Shown here: piece by piece, positions 19,488 to 31,564 of the stretch
Layout: each line of letters begins with the position of its first letter
Position numbering within the stretch: position 1 is the stretch's first letter
From: Candidatus Porisulfidus sp. TsSOB
GTDB lineage: Bacteria; Pseudomonadota; Gammaproteobacteria; Poriferisulfidales; Poriferisulfidaceae
Length of the DNA stretch: 64,000 nucleotides
NCBI GenBank assembly: GCA_002631715.1
Contig: MRSX01000003.1
Coordinates: 361,286-425,285, forward strand
Reading direction: 5' to 3'
The notes under the pieces: generated by a model
Databases searched by the model: none
Seen by the model: the letters and a program-made list of their open reading frames with translations, nothing else
Told to the model about the DNA's origin: nothing
Made by a program: the position numbers and the translations under genes

Positions 19488-19747
19488 CTTGGCCCTGATT
19501 CCGAAACTCTGGTTATTTCCGTCCGTTGTTCGGCGTCATCGAGGGCGCACGCAGGCGAATACGTTTGATGGACAAGCGCGTCACGGAATTAGCCGCTCCA
19601 CGATATTTTCTTCAAGCCCATCGGGTAGCTGGGCACCGATCTGCCTGCCAGTCATCCCTCGCATATGACTGATGACATAATTCTAACAAACTTATAGTTT
19701 GGCACCGAAGTGCGCAGACCTGCAGAATTTTTTGAGAGTGAGGGTGC

Positions 19748-20077
19748 CTATTTCGCAGGAGCGAAGAGGATTACTAGGGTGAGAATGCCGGTTATGGTTC
19801 CGGTTGCCCCGCCCGCGACGGCCAGGATGTGCCAAGAGAGTTTATTGAACCTTGCTTCCATCTCCCCACGCAGTCTAAATTCCATCTCCGCCAAGTCAGC
19901 CTTCGTCGCTAACTCGCTTTGCGCATCCTGAAGGGTCTCGACCAAGGTCACGGCCTGTTTGTCTCCGAATTCTGCTTTCTTCAGATTCTTGACAGCCCGC
20001 AGTGTATCAAAGTTCGGCGGGGTGACCTTTTTGCGCGCATCGGTTGTGGCTTCGGACCTTTTTGCGCTCGGGTTCAT
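19748..20077 (-). CDS. DUF1640-like coiled-coil protein with C-terminal TM helix
   Basis: LATKADLAEMEFRLRGEMEARFNKL... followed by a hydrophobic tail. Start at MNPSAKR with a strong SD (AAGGAGA). Confidence 0.45.
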   Translation of the reverse strand: MNPSAKRSEATTDARKKVTPPNFDTLRAVKNLKKAEFGDKQAVTLVETLQDAQSELATKADLAEMEFRLRGEMEARFNKLSWHILAVAGGATGTITGILTLVILFAPAK

Positions 20078-20389
20078 ATCGGTTCTCCTTGACGGGGGCG
20101 GGATGAATGTGGGGAGACTCTTTCTATTGAGGGTCTCCATGGCTAGGTTCGGGATGATGCCATGAGATCGGTGAAAATCAAGGAAAAATGGTCGGAATTT
20201 TTAGACCGTTTTTTCTAAATTAGAATCAAACGGTTAGAGATCAAACTGAATGCCTGTGAGTCGGATTTTCGAGAGTTTTTCGTGTTTTTAGTTTCGTGGG
20301 CTCGTCGATTCCTGCAGAGTGCGGATTTTTCGACTCGGCCGGATGGATCAGACCCGGATAACCATACTAAGGGCTTCCGGAGAAGGGAT

Positions 20390-20779
20390 TCACGGAACTG
20401 AGAGCCAGCCGCGGATTTCGGCTTGGATGCTTCTTATCTGCCTGAGCGCAGCTTGAATTTCGGAAGGCTCAGGAGGTCTTGGAAATTCGCCTTCGGCATC
20501 CGGATAACGCCAGGCGGTTGCTGCCCCGGTGAGGCTGTCGAGTTTGACGAGGCTTTTCCTGAGAGGGTGTTCTTGGGCTAGTTGTTCGGTAATTCGGGTG
20601 ATGTCGTGGGTACGAAGATCCGGGAGCCCTTCGTGCAGGCACACGGCACGCGCGAGTTTTTCTGCAGCCTGCTGGGCGTGGAATGCCGCCAGGTCCGGGA
20701 GGTCTGGAAGGAGAAGATCGACGCCAGCGATATCCCGTTCGGCGGTCTTCAGGAATCCTAGGACAAGCGGAGAGGTCAT
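20390..20779 (-). CDS. HEPN domain protein (toxin component of a HEPN/MNT pair)
   Basis: AAFHAQQAAEKLARA-type HEPN helix. ATGA overlap with the upstream MNT gene. Confidence 0.6.
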   Translation of the reverse strand: MTSPLVLGFLKTAERDIAGVDLLLPDLPDLAAFHAQQAAEKLARAVCLHEGLPDLRTHDITRITEQLAQEHPLRKSLVKLDSLTGAATAWRYPDAEGEFPRPPEPSEIQAALRQIRSIQAEIRGWLSVP

Positions 20780-21308
20780 CGCAGGGGGAATGTCTCGCGA
20801 TAGCGTTTCCAGAACGGACCATCAACGCGCGCATCCAGCAATTTTCCCTCCCGGTCGACCGCGTAAGGGAGCATGCCGGGCACTTTCCGATTCTTCTCGA
20901 ACGCAGAATACTGGCAAGGAACTACGTCCACCGGGACACCACACCCGGAAATGGGTTTCCGAGCCGTCAGGTAATCGAGAGGTTGGTCGTCCGGGGTGAT
21001 CACCATCAGGTCGAAGTCACTGTCCGAGCGCGCGGTGCCGCACGCGCGGCTGCCGAACAGGAAAATGGCATCCGGATTGAATGCGATAGCCAGATTCATG
21101 GTCAGAACGGAAAGAGCGACTTCCGCGTTGCGGAATGGGCCAAGACTCTCATCTGCCGCTGCGGCCTCGTGCCTTGGCTGAGGCGCATTGCGAACGTATT
21201 CCAGGACTAGGCCAATCAATTCCGGGTCATCTTTGATGGAATTAACCAATTCGCGCACATCGGCTTGCTGATCTTGGCGTACGCGGAAACTGATGATGGG
21301 GGTATTCA
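20776..21308 (-). CDS. Minimal nucleotidyltransferase (MNT) antitoxin with N-terminal extension
   Basis: LFGSRACGTARSDSDFDLMV nucleotidyltransferase motif. Start at MNTPIISFRV with an AGGAGG SD. The N-terminal ~50 aa may form a ribbon-helix-helix. Confidence 0.6.
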
Positions 21309-21397
21309 TGGAATCCTCCTGTGTATTACACTCTGTAATACACATTTGAGAAATGTAAAGCATGCGGGAGTGTCTGTCAAACAGGTATGATTGAAGC

Positions 21398-21886
21398 ATG
21401 AATGATTCAACGCTATTGGAAGCGACAAAAATGCTGGCCGACCGCTGTCTGACGCAAGGCTTGCGCATGGCGGTAGCCGAATCCTGTACCGGGGGCTGGC
21501 TAGCCAAATGCTGCACCGACCTACCGGGCAGTTCTGACTGGTTCGAATGCGGGTGGGTGACCTACAGCAACGAGGCGAAAAGCCAATCGCTGGGTGTAGA
21601 TCCAGAACTGATCCGCCAAGAGGGCGCAGTTTCCCAAGCCGTGGTCGAGGCGATGGTGGTAGGAGCCCTGGAGCGTGCGCAGTGCGATCTGGCCTGCGCG
21701 GTCAGCGGTGTGGCCGGGCCATCCGGTGGGACGGAACGTGCGCCGGTCGGTTGCGTGTGGTTTGCGTTCCTGCGTGCGGGCAGGGAGGTGTGCAGCGAAC
21801 GGCGGGATTTCTCTGGGGGTCGCGACGCGGCCCGGCGGGCATCCGTGCTGCATGCACTGCGTCGGCTGGCAGAGGAGATTTCCTAG
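21398..21886 (+). CDS. pncC: Nicotinamide-nucleotide amidohydrolase PncC (CinA C-terminal domain)
   Basis: AESCTGG motif. Conserved position upstream of recA. Confidence 0.8.
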   Translation: MNDSTLLEATKMLADRCLTQGLRMAVAESCTGGWLAKCCTDLPGSSDWFECGWVTYSNEAKSQSLGVDPELIRQEGAVSQAVVEAMVVGALERAQCDLACAVSGVAGPSGGTERAPVGCVWFAFLRAGREVCSERRDFSGGRDAARRASVLHALRRLAEEIS

Positions 21887-21992
21887 TAGTTTCAGGGCCG
21901 TTTGGGTTCGAATTATTTCAGGGTTTCCCCTGTGGAATAATACGCTTGCTGCGTAACCGGACCGCCCAAGAAACAGGGAGGTTGAGATACCC

Positions 21993-23022
<1,030 letters not shown>

Positions 23023-23042
<20 letters not shown>

Positions 23043-23469
23043 CGCCGTGCAGCAGGCGGTCAGTCTTCTGGCGCGACGCGAACATTCGAGCCGGGAGTTA
23101 CGAGACAAGCTGCAGGCGCGAAATTTTTCTGCCGAGGCAGTGGAAGCGGCACTCGCAACCTTGCGCGAGCAGGATCTGCAAAGTGACCAGCGTTTTGCGG
23201 AAGCCTGCGCCCGTTCCTTGATGGATCGCGGCTACGGCAGCCTTCGCGTGGCAAATGAATTACGCGAGCGCGGCGTGTCGGGCGACATTGCGCAGGAGTT
23301 CGAGTCTTTGGCTAGGAAAGGGGAGTTCGAACGCGCCTGCGAAGCCTTGCGCCGAAAGACGGGAACACGGCAGCAACAGTTGCGTTTCCTGAGCCAGCGG
23401 GGGTATCCAGGCGAGGTCGCGAGACAGGCGGTTGATACGGCACTTCGGGAGAGTCGAGATGACGAGTAG
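23023..23469 (+). CDS. recX: RecA regulator RecX
   Basis: About 148 aa immediately after recA, of the RecX family. Confidence 0.85.
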
Positions 23470-26059
23470 GCAAAGCGACGAAATTCGCCAAGCTTTCTTG
23501 GATTATTTCGCGAATCACGATCATCAGGTCGTGCCTTCCAGTTCATTGGTTCCGGCGAATGACCCAAGCCTGTTGTTCGCCAATGCCGGTATGGTGCAGT
23601 TCAAGGACGTATTCCTCGGGCACGAAACCCGCACGCCGCCCCGGGCGGTCAGCGCGCAGCGCTGCGTCCGTGCCGGTGGGAAGCACAATGACTTGGAGAA
23701 CGTCGGCTATACCGCCCGGCATCACACGTTCTTCGAGATGCTGGGAAATTTCAGTTTCGGCGACTATTTCAAGGAAGAGGCGATCCAGTATTGCTGGGAG
23801 TTCCTGACCGATACTCTGGCGTTGCCGCCGGACCGGCTCTGGGTCTCGGTGTATCAGGATGACGCCGATGCGGAGCGGATCTGGCTTGAAGAGGTCGGGG
23901 TGAGTCCGGATCGGCTGGCTCGGCTCGGCGAAGAAGAGAACTTCTGGTCGATGGGCGACACCGGGCCGTGCGGGCCCTGTACCGAGGTCTACTACGATCA
24001 CGGAGAGGGGATTCCCGGAAAGCCGCCGGGGCAGGGCGATGACAGCGACCGTTTCGTGGAGATCTGGAACCTGGTCTTCATGCAGTACCGGCGTGAAGCG
24101 GACGGGAGCATGGAGCCGTTGCCGAGCCCGTCGGTGGATACCGGCATGGGACTTGAGCGCATCGCGGCCGTCATGCAGGGCGTACACGACAATTACCAGA
24201 CGGATCTGTTCATCCCGTTGCGGCAGGCCGTGTCCGAGATGGTGGATTCGGATACGCCGCATTCGGCGTCGCTCAACGTGATCGCAGACCATATCCGGAC
24301 CAGCGGATTCCTGATCATGGACGGCATGCTGCCGTCCAACGAAAATCGGGGTTATGTGCTGCGTCGGATCATCCGCCGTGCCTTACGTCATGGTAACAAG
24401 ATTGGCCTGACCGAGCCCTTCTTCCACCGTCTCGTAGATCCGTTGGTCGACGTGATGGGGAAGGCCCACCCGGATCTGGCGGAGGCTCGCGACCGGATCG
24501 AGGAGGCCTTGCTGCAGGAGGAGGAGCGCTTCGCGCTGACCCTCCAGACAGGCTTGAAGGTTCTGGACGAGGGGCTGGCTCAGCTTCAGGATAAGACCAT
24601 TCCTGGAGAACTTGCATTCCTGCTTTACGACACGTACGGTTTCCCGATCGACTTGACGCAGGACATCGCCCGGGAGCGCGACCTGACGGTCGATGTGGAA
24701 GATTACGAACGCCGAATGGACGAACAGCGCGATCGTGCCCGGGATACCGCGCAGTTTTCGGTGGATTACTCCCAACTCAAGGATGTGGCGCAGGATGGCC
24801 GCTTCAGCGGCTACGAGCGGGTCAGCCAGGACAGCTCAGTGGTCGCGCTCTACGCCGATGGGCGAAGCGTGCAGGCAATAGAGGCGGGCGACGATGCGGT
24901 GGTGGTATTGGAGGAGACTCCGTTTTATGCCGAATCAGGCGGGCAGGTGGGTGACACCGGCTGGCTGCGCGGCGAGGATACCCGGTTCGAAGTTCGCGAC
25001 ACGCAAAAACATGGGCAGGCCCATTTGCATCTGGGCCGGCTGCGGGAAGGAAACCTGAACGTTGGCGATTCGGTGGCTGCGGAGATCGATGCGGAGCGTC
25101 GTCAGTCGATTGTGCTCAATCATTCCGCCACGCACCTGATGCACGCGGCTCTGCGCGAGGTTCTCGGTTCTCACGTGATGCAGAAAGGTTCGCTGGTCGC
25201 ACCGGACCGGCTGCGTTTCGATTTCTCGCATCCGCAACCGGTGACGGCGGAAGAATTGCACCAGATCGAAGAGATGGTCAATGCGGCTGTTCGCCAGAAC
25301 TACGAAACGGAATCGGCGGTCATGCCGTTCAAGGAAGCAATGGATGCGGGCGCGCTTGCGTTCTTCGGCGACAAGTATGGAGATGAAGTGCGGGTGCTGC
25401 GGATGGGCGACTTTTCGATGGAGCTGTGCGGTGGCACGCATGTTTCGCGGACTGGAGATATCGGATTTTTCTGCATTGTCAGCGAGACGGGCATCGCATC
25501 CGGCGTGCGACGGATCGAAGCCCTCACCGGGGCAGTGGCGAATCGCTGGGCTTGGGAGCAGAAAGAGTTACTGCGCGATACGGCCGAGATGATTCGGGCG
25601 GTGCCGGACAACTTCCGCGAGAAGCTCGAACGTCTGGTCGAACAGAACCAAAGCCTTGAGAAGGAACTGGAGCGGCTCAAGAGCCGGCAGGCACACCAGG
25701 CAGGCGGAGACTTGGCGCAGCAAGCGGTGGAAGTCGAAGGCATCAAGGTGTTGAGTGCCCAGGTGGACGCTGACGCCAAATCCATGCGCAGCATGCTGGA
25801 TCAGCTCAAGGACAAACTTGGCAGTGCCGTGATCGTGCTGGCCTCGGTCAAGAACAAAAAAGTGACATTGGTAGCCGGGGTGACCCCGGACCAGACCGAG
25901 CGAATCAAGGCCGGGGATCTGGTTAATTCCGTGGCCAGCCAGGTTGGCGGGAAGGGCGGGGGTCGCCCGGATATGGCGCAGGCCGGAGGTGACCATCCGG
26001 AGGCGTTGAAGGAGGCATTGGAATCAATCCCGGGATGGGTCCGCGAGCGGCTGCATTGA
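23459..26059 (+). CDS. alaS: Alanine--tRNA ligase
   Basis: N-terminus [28 protein letters not shown] and the class II AlaRS core. About 866 aa. Confidence 0.95.
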   Translation: MTSRQSDEIRQAFLDYFANHDHQVVPSSSLVPANDPSLLFANAGMVQFKDVFLGHETRTPPRAVSAQRCVRAGGKHNDLENVGYTARHHTFFEMLGNFSFGDYFKEEAIQYCWEFLTDTLALPPDRLWVSVYQDDADAERIWLEEVGVSPDRLARLGEEENFWSMGDTGPCGPCTEVYYDHGEGIPGKPPGQGDDSDRFVEIWNLVFMQYRREADGSMEPLPSPSVDTGMGLERIAAVMQGVHDNYQTDLFIPLRQAVSEMVDSDTPHSASLNVIADHIRTSGFLIMDGMLPSNENRGYVLRRIIRRALRHGNKIGLTEPFFHRLVDPLVDVMGKAHPDLAEARDRIEEALLQEEERFALTLQTGLKVLDEGLAQLQDKTIPGELAFLLYDTYGFPIDLTQDIARERDLTVDVEDYERRMDEQRDRARDTAQFSVDYSQLKDVAQDGRFSGYERVSQDSSVVALYADGRSVQAIEAGDDAVVVLEETPFYAESGGQVGDTGWLRGEDTRFEVRDTQKHGQAHLHLGRLREGNLNVGDSVAAEIDAERRQSIVLNHSATHLMHAALREVLGSHVMQKGSLVAPDRLRFDFSHPQPVTAEELHQIEEMVNAAVRQNYETESAVMPFKEAMDAGALAFFGDKYGDEVRVLRMGDFSMELCGGTHVSRTGDIGFFCIVSETGIASGVRRIEALTGAVANRWAWEQKELLRDTAEMIRAVPDNFREKLERLVEQNQSLEKELERLKSRQAHQAGGDLAQQAVEVEGIKVLSAQVDADAKSMRSMLDQLKDKLGSAVIVLASVKNKKVTLVAGVTPDQTERIKAGDLVNSVASQVGGKGGGRPDMAQAGGDHPEALKEALESIPGWVRERLH

Positions 26060-26060
26060 C

Positions 26061-27281
26061 ATGAGCCTGTGGGTACAGAAATACGGCGGGACCTCGGTGG
26101 CCAGCACCGAGAAGCTCTTGACTATTGCCGAGCGACTTCACGAGCAGCATAGCCAGGGGCACCGCTTGGTGGTGGTGCTGTCCGCGATGGGCGGGGAAAC
26201 CGATCATCTGTTGTCGCTGGCACGCCAGGTGAGTTCGCAGCCGGGAGGTCCTGCGCTGGACTTGTTGCTGTCCTCCGGTGAACGGGTCAGCATTGCATTG
26301 CTGGCATTGGCGCTGCAGGCGCTCGGGTGTCCGGCCACCGCATTGACCGGGCGGCAGGCGGGAATCCTGACGGAAGGGCAAGCCAACAAGGCCCGGATCA
26401 AAAACATCGACAGCGACCGTTTGAATGGCCTTCTCAACGAAGGGCAGGTGGTCGTGGTGGCTGGATTTCAAGGCATGGATGAGTCCGGACGGGTCACGAC
26501 CTTGGGACGGGGCGGGTCGGACACGACCGCGGTTGCACTGGCAGCCTCGCTGAGTGCGGACGAATGCCATATCTATACCGATGTCGAAGGGGTGTACACG
26601 GCGGATCCTCGGCTTGTGCCGGAAGCGCGCAGGCTGGAGCATCTCACCTACGAGGAGATGCTGGAGATGTCCGGGCTGGGCTCCAGGGTGCTGCAACTGC
26701 GCTCGGTGTTGTTTGCGGAAAAGTACAATGTTCCGCTACGGGTTCTTTCCGCGTTCGGATCCGGCCCTGGAACGCTGATCTCAGAGGAGGCTGAAAACAT
26801 GGAACAGGCCACTATCGCGGGCATTGCGCACAACCGCGACGAGGCGCAACTGACTATCTCCGGCGTGAAGGACATGCCGGGTGTTGCGGCGCGTATCCTG
26901 GGGCCGATTGCCGAAGCACAGATCGAAGTGGACATGATCGTGCAGAATGTCGGGCAGGACGGCACGGCGGACTTCACTTTCACGGTGCACCGCAACGATT
27001 ACGCCAAGGCGCTGGAAATTTTGGAGAAGGTCGGCGGCGAACTCGGTGCGCGCGAGACCTGCGGCAACCGGGACATCGTCAAGGTGTCATTGGTCGGAGT
27101 CGGGATGCGCTCGCACGCGGGGATTGCGAGCCGCATGTTCCAGGCTCTGGCTGATGCGGGCGTGAACATCTCCATGATCTCTACTTCGGAGATCAAGATC
27201 TCGGTGGTAATCGACGAGCCGCTGCTTGAAACCTGCGTTCAAGTGCTGCACAAGGAATTTGATTTAGCGGAAAAAGATTAG
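26061..27281 (+). CDS. lysC: Aspartate kinase
   Basis: N-terminus VQKYGGTSV and C-terminal ACT domains. 406 aa. Confidence 0.9.
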   Translation: MSLWVQKYGGTSVASTEKLLTIAERLHEQHSQGHRLVVVLSAMGGETDHLLSLARQVSSQPGGPALDLLLSSGERVSIALLALALQALGCPATALTGRQAGILTEGQANKARIKNIDSDRLNGLLNEGQVVVVAGFQGMDESGRVTTLGRGGSDTTAVALAASLSADECHIYTDVEGVYTADPRLVPEARRLEHLTYEEMLEMSGLGSRVLQLRSVLFAEKYNVPLRVLSAFGSGPGTLISEEAENMEQATIAGIAHNRDEAQLTISGVKDMPGVAARILGPIAEAQIEVDMIVQNVGQDGTADFTFTVHRNDYAKALEILEKVGGELGARETCGNRDIVKVSLVGVGMRSHAGIASRMFQALADAGVNISMISTSEIKISVVIDEPLLETCVQVLHKEFDLAEKD

Positions 27282-27334
27282 TGGTACACTGATTCCGCGT
27301 TTTTGCCTGGGCCGGAAGCCCGGGGTGCGAGGGA

Positions 27335-27523
27335 ATGCTAATACTGACGCGGAAAATCGGGGAATCCCTGATTATCGATGACAAAGTCACGGTGACGGTC
27401 ATGGGGATGAAGGGAAACCAAGTGCGACTTGGCATTGATGCGCCAAGGAATGTTCGTATATATCGCGAAGAGATTTTCCCACGTGATGCGAGCGACAAGG
27501 CTCGAGAGCCTGAGAAAGAGTAG
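27335..27523 (+). CDS. csrA: Carbon storage regulator CsrA
   Basis: [37 protein letters not shown]. Confidence 0.9.
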   Translation: MLILTRKIGESLIIDDKVTVTVMGMKGNQVRLGIDAPRNVRIYREEIFPRDASDKAREPEKE

Positions 27524-27532
27524 TCGTTGATC

Positions 27533-27623
27533 GGAGAGGTGGCTGAGTGGCTGAAAGCGCTCCCCTGCTAAGGGAGTATGGGCTAATACCCCATCGAGGG
27601 TTCGAATCCCTCCCTCTCCGCCA
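27533..27623 (+). tRNA. tRNA-Ser (anticodon GCU)
   Basis: Cloverleaf with a long variable arm. Acceptor GGAGAGG/CCTCTCC + G + CCA. Anticodon loop CT-GCT-AA. Confidence 0.85.
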
Positions 27624-27770
27624 GTTCCAAATTTAAATCGTTCAGCTTTTCTATAGGAAGGCTTGGGCACCATTTCCGCCAGAGAGGCGGAGTTCAAACC
27701 GCCCATGCTTCCAATCATTTTTCTCACAACGTACCTACCTACGAATAGGGAAAGCATGGGCGTAAGAATT

Positions 27771-28067
27771 TCAAAGCTGAGAAAAAATTCCTCCTCCCAT
27801 GGCGCTATCGTTCTGACGGTATCCAGGACGAGGATACTCGAATCTCTCCTCCAACACTGCTAGTGCATTAATTTGGTCTACCCGAAACAACTTCCAATGC
27901 TGAGGTTTGCCAGATGCGCTTGCACCACTGACTTGGAAAGCCCTGAGCAACTCATTTCCGTTAGAGCCAACTCCATAGGCATGTGGTTCTATAAGCCGTT
28001 CGCCGGGGCCATAGTCGAGCTTTACAAGCCGACGTTCATTGATTGCTATTCTTATGGATTGATTCAT
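27771..28067 (-). CDS. Small WYL-like domain protein
   Basis: RLIEPHAYGV...LLRAFQ...WKLFRVDQI resembles the WYL beta-barrel pattern. Start at MNQSIRI. Confidence 0.4.
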   Translation of the reverse strand: MNQSIRIAINERRLVKLDYGPGERLIEPHAYGVGSNGNELLRAFQVSGASASGKPQHWKLFRVDQINALAVLEERFEYPRPGYRQNDSAMGGGIFSQL

Positions 28068-28336
28068 ATCAATCTCCCTCTTTCTGAAGGACAGGCGCAC
28101 TTACCAAATTTTGGAATCGGTATGATTCCTTAATTCAACGATGTTCCGCGTGCCCGTCTTGGTTTTTGCGGAACCGCTATAACACCTAGGCTGAGTTGCT
28201 ACCCAGCTTCCGTTTGTCTTGCGGCTAGCATCACTCTACACAAAATGAAGTAATTTTTCAAGGTTAAACCACAGGTTCTTGTAGAGCAAGGAAGATTGGG
28301 CAATAAAAGAAGAGGAAGTGATGGATTCTAAAGAGT

Positions 28337-29224
28337 TCAGCCTTTCTTTAGGGAGCGCTGACGCACCATCTTTGCCAAGGCAGCGGAATCCAATTCACCA
28401 TCACCTTGCTCGACCAGTTGCTCCATCAGGTGTAGTGCGTCTTTCGCACCGGACAGGGTCAGGCCGGTTTCTCGGGCCTCTCGCTCCACAATGCGAAGAT
28501 CCTTGAGGTGCAACTCGGCCTTGAAGCCAGGCTGGTAGTCTCCGGTCAGCATGCGCTGGCCGTGGACTTCTAGGATCCGGCTGTAGGCGAATCCACCAAG
28601 CAAGGCATCGCGTACCTGCTCGCGGCTCACTCCACTGGATTCTGCCAAGAGGAACGCCTCTGCCACTGCCGCCATCGTCTGAGCCACAAGCAACTGGTTG
28701 CAGGCTTTGGCTACTTGTCCAGCCCCAGCATCGCCGATCCGGCGTACTTGCTTCCCAAGCACCTCGAGCACTGGGCGGACGCGCTCGAATATTTCTTCCG
28801 GTCCACCGACCATGATCGACAGGGTGCCATCGATGGCTCCGGTCTCGCCTCCAGACACCGGGGCGTCCAGCATGGCAATGCCTTTCACCTTCAGTTGTTT
28901 GGCTACAGTCCGGGTCTCGGTTGGCGAGACAGTACTCATGTCAACCACGATATGGCCGGGCTGGGCACCTTTGTCAATTCCGTTCTCTCCCGTCACCACT
29001 TCCAGCATGTCGGGAGTGTCCGCCACCATGACGATGGTCAGGCCGGTCGCAGCACTGACTTCGGCTGGACTGTCTCCGATCGTCGCCCCGGCTTCGACTA
29101 GGGGCTCTAATTGCTCGGGCCGGCGTGCAAATACCTTGACCGGGTAACCTGCGCGCAGCAGGTTGAGAGCCATCGGGCGGCCCATGATGCCGGGGCCGAC
29201 CCAACCGATGGAAAGATCGCTCAT
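28337..29224 (-). CDS. NAD-binding 3-hydroxyisobutyrate/2-hydroxy-3-oxopropionate (tartronate semialdehyde) reductase family dehydrogenase
   Basis: N-terminal Rossmann IGWVGPGIMGRPMALNLLRAGY and the overall HIBADH/GarR-like pattern. Confidence 0.75.
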   Translation of the reverse strand: MSDLSIGWVGPGIMGRPMALNLLRAGYPVKVFARRPEQLEPLVEAGATIGDSPAEVSAATGLTIVMVADTPDMLEVVTGENGIDKGAQPGHIVVDMSTVSPTETRTVAKQLKVKGIAMLDAPVSGGETGAIDGTLSIMVGGPEEIFERVRPVLEVLGKQVRRIGDAGAGQVAKACNQLLVAQTMAAVAEAFLLAESSGVSREQVRDALLGGFAYSRILEVHGQRMLTGDYQPGFKAELHLKDLRIVEREARETGLTLSGAKDALHLMEQLVEQGDGELDSAALAKMVRQRSLKKG

Positions 29225-29268
29225 GAGGTCTTGTTCCTTATACAATACGAACGCATCATACCTGTACC

Positions 29269-30285
29269 GTGAAAGTCTATTTTCGGAAACTCCGCGAGGT
29301 CCTGGATGGACCGCTCCTGCCGGTGTACTTGATTACCGGAGATGAACCGGTGCAAATGCGGGATGCGGCGCGGATGATCCGCCAGCGGGCGAAGCAGGAA
29401 GGCTTTGATCGTCGAGAATTGCGGATTATCGAGCGGGGTTTTTCTTGGGAGGAATTACCGACGCTGTGCAGCCCGTCCCTGTTCGGGGATCAGGCCATGC
29501 TCGACATGCGGGTACTGAGCGGCAAGCCGGACGCGACGGCGAAAGCCCGGCTCAAGGAGTGGTGCGAACAGGCTCCAGAGGGCAGCTTGATTACCCTGCA
29601 GGTGCCGCGGTTGGACAACCGGGCCCTGAACGAGGCGTGGGTGCGCGCCATCGACAAGATCGGCTTGATTGTGCGAATCATGCCGATGGACGAAAGGGAG
29701 ACCCGGCAGTGGCTGCAGGGGGCGCTTCGGAAGCGTGAGTTGGAGATGGGCAGCTTCGAGATGGATTATTTCCTGTCGTGCGTGGAGGGCAACCTGCTGG
29801 CGGCCGAGCAGGAGTTGCACAAGCTGCATATCCTGAACGGGCCGGGGTCGGTTTCGATGGAGTCCTTGCAGCAGTTCCTGGGGCAGGACGCCCGCTACGA
29901 GGCGATGGATCTGGCCATGGCCATGCTGCAGGGCCGGAGGCGCCGCATCATCAGCGTGGCGCGGAACCTGGAGAGCGAGGGGCACGACCCGGTCACGACG
30001 CATGCCATGCTGATGCGTGAAATCCGCCAGTTGCTGGCCTTGAGCCGCCAGCCGTCCGGGCTGGATTCGATTTTCCCGTTCACTCGCCGCGACCTGCTGA
30101 AAAGAGCCTTGAATCAGCACTCTCAGGAGCATTTTCGCGCTATACTGAAACGTTTCATCCACCTGGAACGGGTGGTCAAGGGACAGGGGCCGGAAAGCTC
30201 GTGGCCCGCCATCCAAAATGCCTGCCTGGCTTTTTCAGGAAAGGATCGATTGCTACCGGTACAGGGAGTCTCCGACCATGCCTGA
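29269..30285 (+). CDS. holA: DNA polymerase III subunit delta
   Basis: LPVYLITGDEPVQ... About 338 aa. Confidence 0.8.
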   Translation: MKVYFRKLREVLDGPLLPVYLITGDEPVQMRDAARMIRQRAKQEGFDRRELRIIERGFSWEELPTLCSPSLFGDQAMLDMRVLSGKPDATAKARLKEWCEQAPEGSLITLQVPRLDNRALNEAWVRAIDKIGLIVRIMPMDERETRQWLQGALRKRELEMGSFEMDYFLSCVEGNLLAAEQELHKLHILNGPGSVSMESLQQFLGQDARYEAMDLAMAMLQGRRRRIISVARNLESEGHDPVTTHAMLMREIRQLLALSRQPSGLDSIFPFTRRDLLKRALNQHSQEHFRAILKRFIHLERVVKGQGPESSWPAIQNACLAFSGKDRLLPVQGVSDHA

Positions 30286-31540
30286 CGAAAATCTGGATGC
30301 CCGGATTGCTGAACTAGGTCAAGCCGCGCGAGCGGCCGGGCGGGTCATTGCGGCCTCCAGCACGGAAGCGCGCAACCGGGCCATGAGAACCACGGCCGGC
30401 CTGATTCGGGAGCGCGCAGGCGCGATCCTCGAAGCCAACACGGAAGATGTGGAAGCAGCGAGGGCGCACCGGGACGATGCGTTCATCGACCGTCTGGCAC
30501 TAAACGAATCACGGATTGAGGCGCTAGCGGTAGAACTTGAACATATTGCCGAGTTGCCGGACCTCTTGGGCCGGATCTCGGACATGCAGGATCGATCCAA
30601 TGGCTTGAAGATCGGACGGATGCGGGTGCCGATCGGCGTCATCGGCATGATTTACGAAGCCCGTCCCGGCGTGACCGTGGAGGCGGGCGGATTGTGCACC
30701 AAGTCCGGCAATGCAGTCATTTTGCGCGGCGGCTCCGAGTCGTACCGCTCCAATCAGGCGCTGGCGGACTGCCTGCAGGAAGGCTTGCGTCAGGCTTCAC
30801 TGCCTCCGGAAGGCGCGCAGTTGCTGCCGACCACGGATCGGGCCGCGATCGACGCGCTGCTTAAGATGGATCAGTGGGTGGATTTGATCATTCCCCGGGG
30901 CGGGACGGAGTTGATTGAGCGGGTTCGCAGCCAGACTCACATTCCGATGCTCAAGCATCTGCATGGCGTGTGCCACGTGTACATCGACGATACCGCAGAC
31001 CGGGATCAGGCGATTCGCATTGCCGTGAACGCCAAGACCCAGCGTTACGGGGTCTGCAATGCAATGGAGACCCTGCTGGTCGCGGAATCCCGGGCCGAAG
31101 AGTTGCTTCCGATCCTGGGCGATGCTTACGCCGAGCACGGGGTGGAGATTCGCGGCTGTCCCCGTACTTGCGAATTGCTGGAGCAGGCTGTCCCGGCGGC
31201 GGAGGAAGACTGGACCGAAGAGTACTTGTCGCCGGTCCTGTCGGTACGGGTGGTCGCAGGCCTCGATGAGGCAATGGATCACATCGCGAAATACGGTTCG
31301 CAACATACCGACGCCATCGTCACTGCGGATGACGAGCGGGCGAAGCGGTTCATGCGCGAGGTGGATTCCAGTTCGGTGATGGTCAATGCTTCGACCCGGT
31401 TCGCGGACGGGTTCGAATACGGGCTGGGTGCGGAGATCGGAATCAGCACGGACAAGCTGCATGCCCGCGGGCCAGTGGGCCTGGAAGGGCTGACCAGCCA
31501 GAAGTTCGTGGTCTACGGCGACGGACAAATCCGCGTATAA
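30278..31540 (+). CDS. proA: Gamma-glutamyl phosphate reductase
   Basis: ProA family. Start MPDENL overlaps the holA stop. Confidence 0.9.
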   Translation: MPDENLDARIAELGQAARAAGRVIAASSTEARNRAMRTTAGLIRERAGAILEANTEDVEAARAHRDDAFIDRLALNESRIEALAVELEHIAELPDLLGRISDMQDRSNGLKIGRMRVPIGVIGMIYEARPGVTVEAGGLCTKSGNAVILRGGSESYRSNQALADCLQEGLRQASLPPEGAQLLPTTDRAAIDALLKMDQWVDLIIPRGGTELIERVRSQTHIPMLKHLHGVCHVYIDDTADRDQAIRIAVNAKTQRYGVCNAMETLLVAESRAEELLPILGDAYAEHGVEIRGCPRTCELLEQAVPAAEEDWTEEYLSPVLSVRVVAGLDEAMDHIAKYGSQHTDAIVTADDERAKRFMREVDSSSVMVNASTRFADGFEYGLGAEIGISTDKLHARGPVGLEGLTSQKFVVYGDGQIRV

Positions 31541-31564
31541 TCCGCGACCTACGAGGCCCTGACC

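Noticed and set aside
21890-21992. LexA/SOS box upstream of recA
   Set aside because: Looked for CTGT-N8-ACAG. Only CTGTGGAATAATACGC is present, with no matching ACAG half-site. A lineage-specific LexA motif cannot be excluded but is not claimed.
27624-27700. Rho-independent terminator after tRNA-Ser
   Set aside because: The stem CCGCC-N5-GGCGG is present but is followed by AGTTCAAACC, not a U-tract. Not reported as a terminator.
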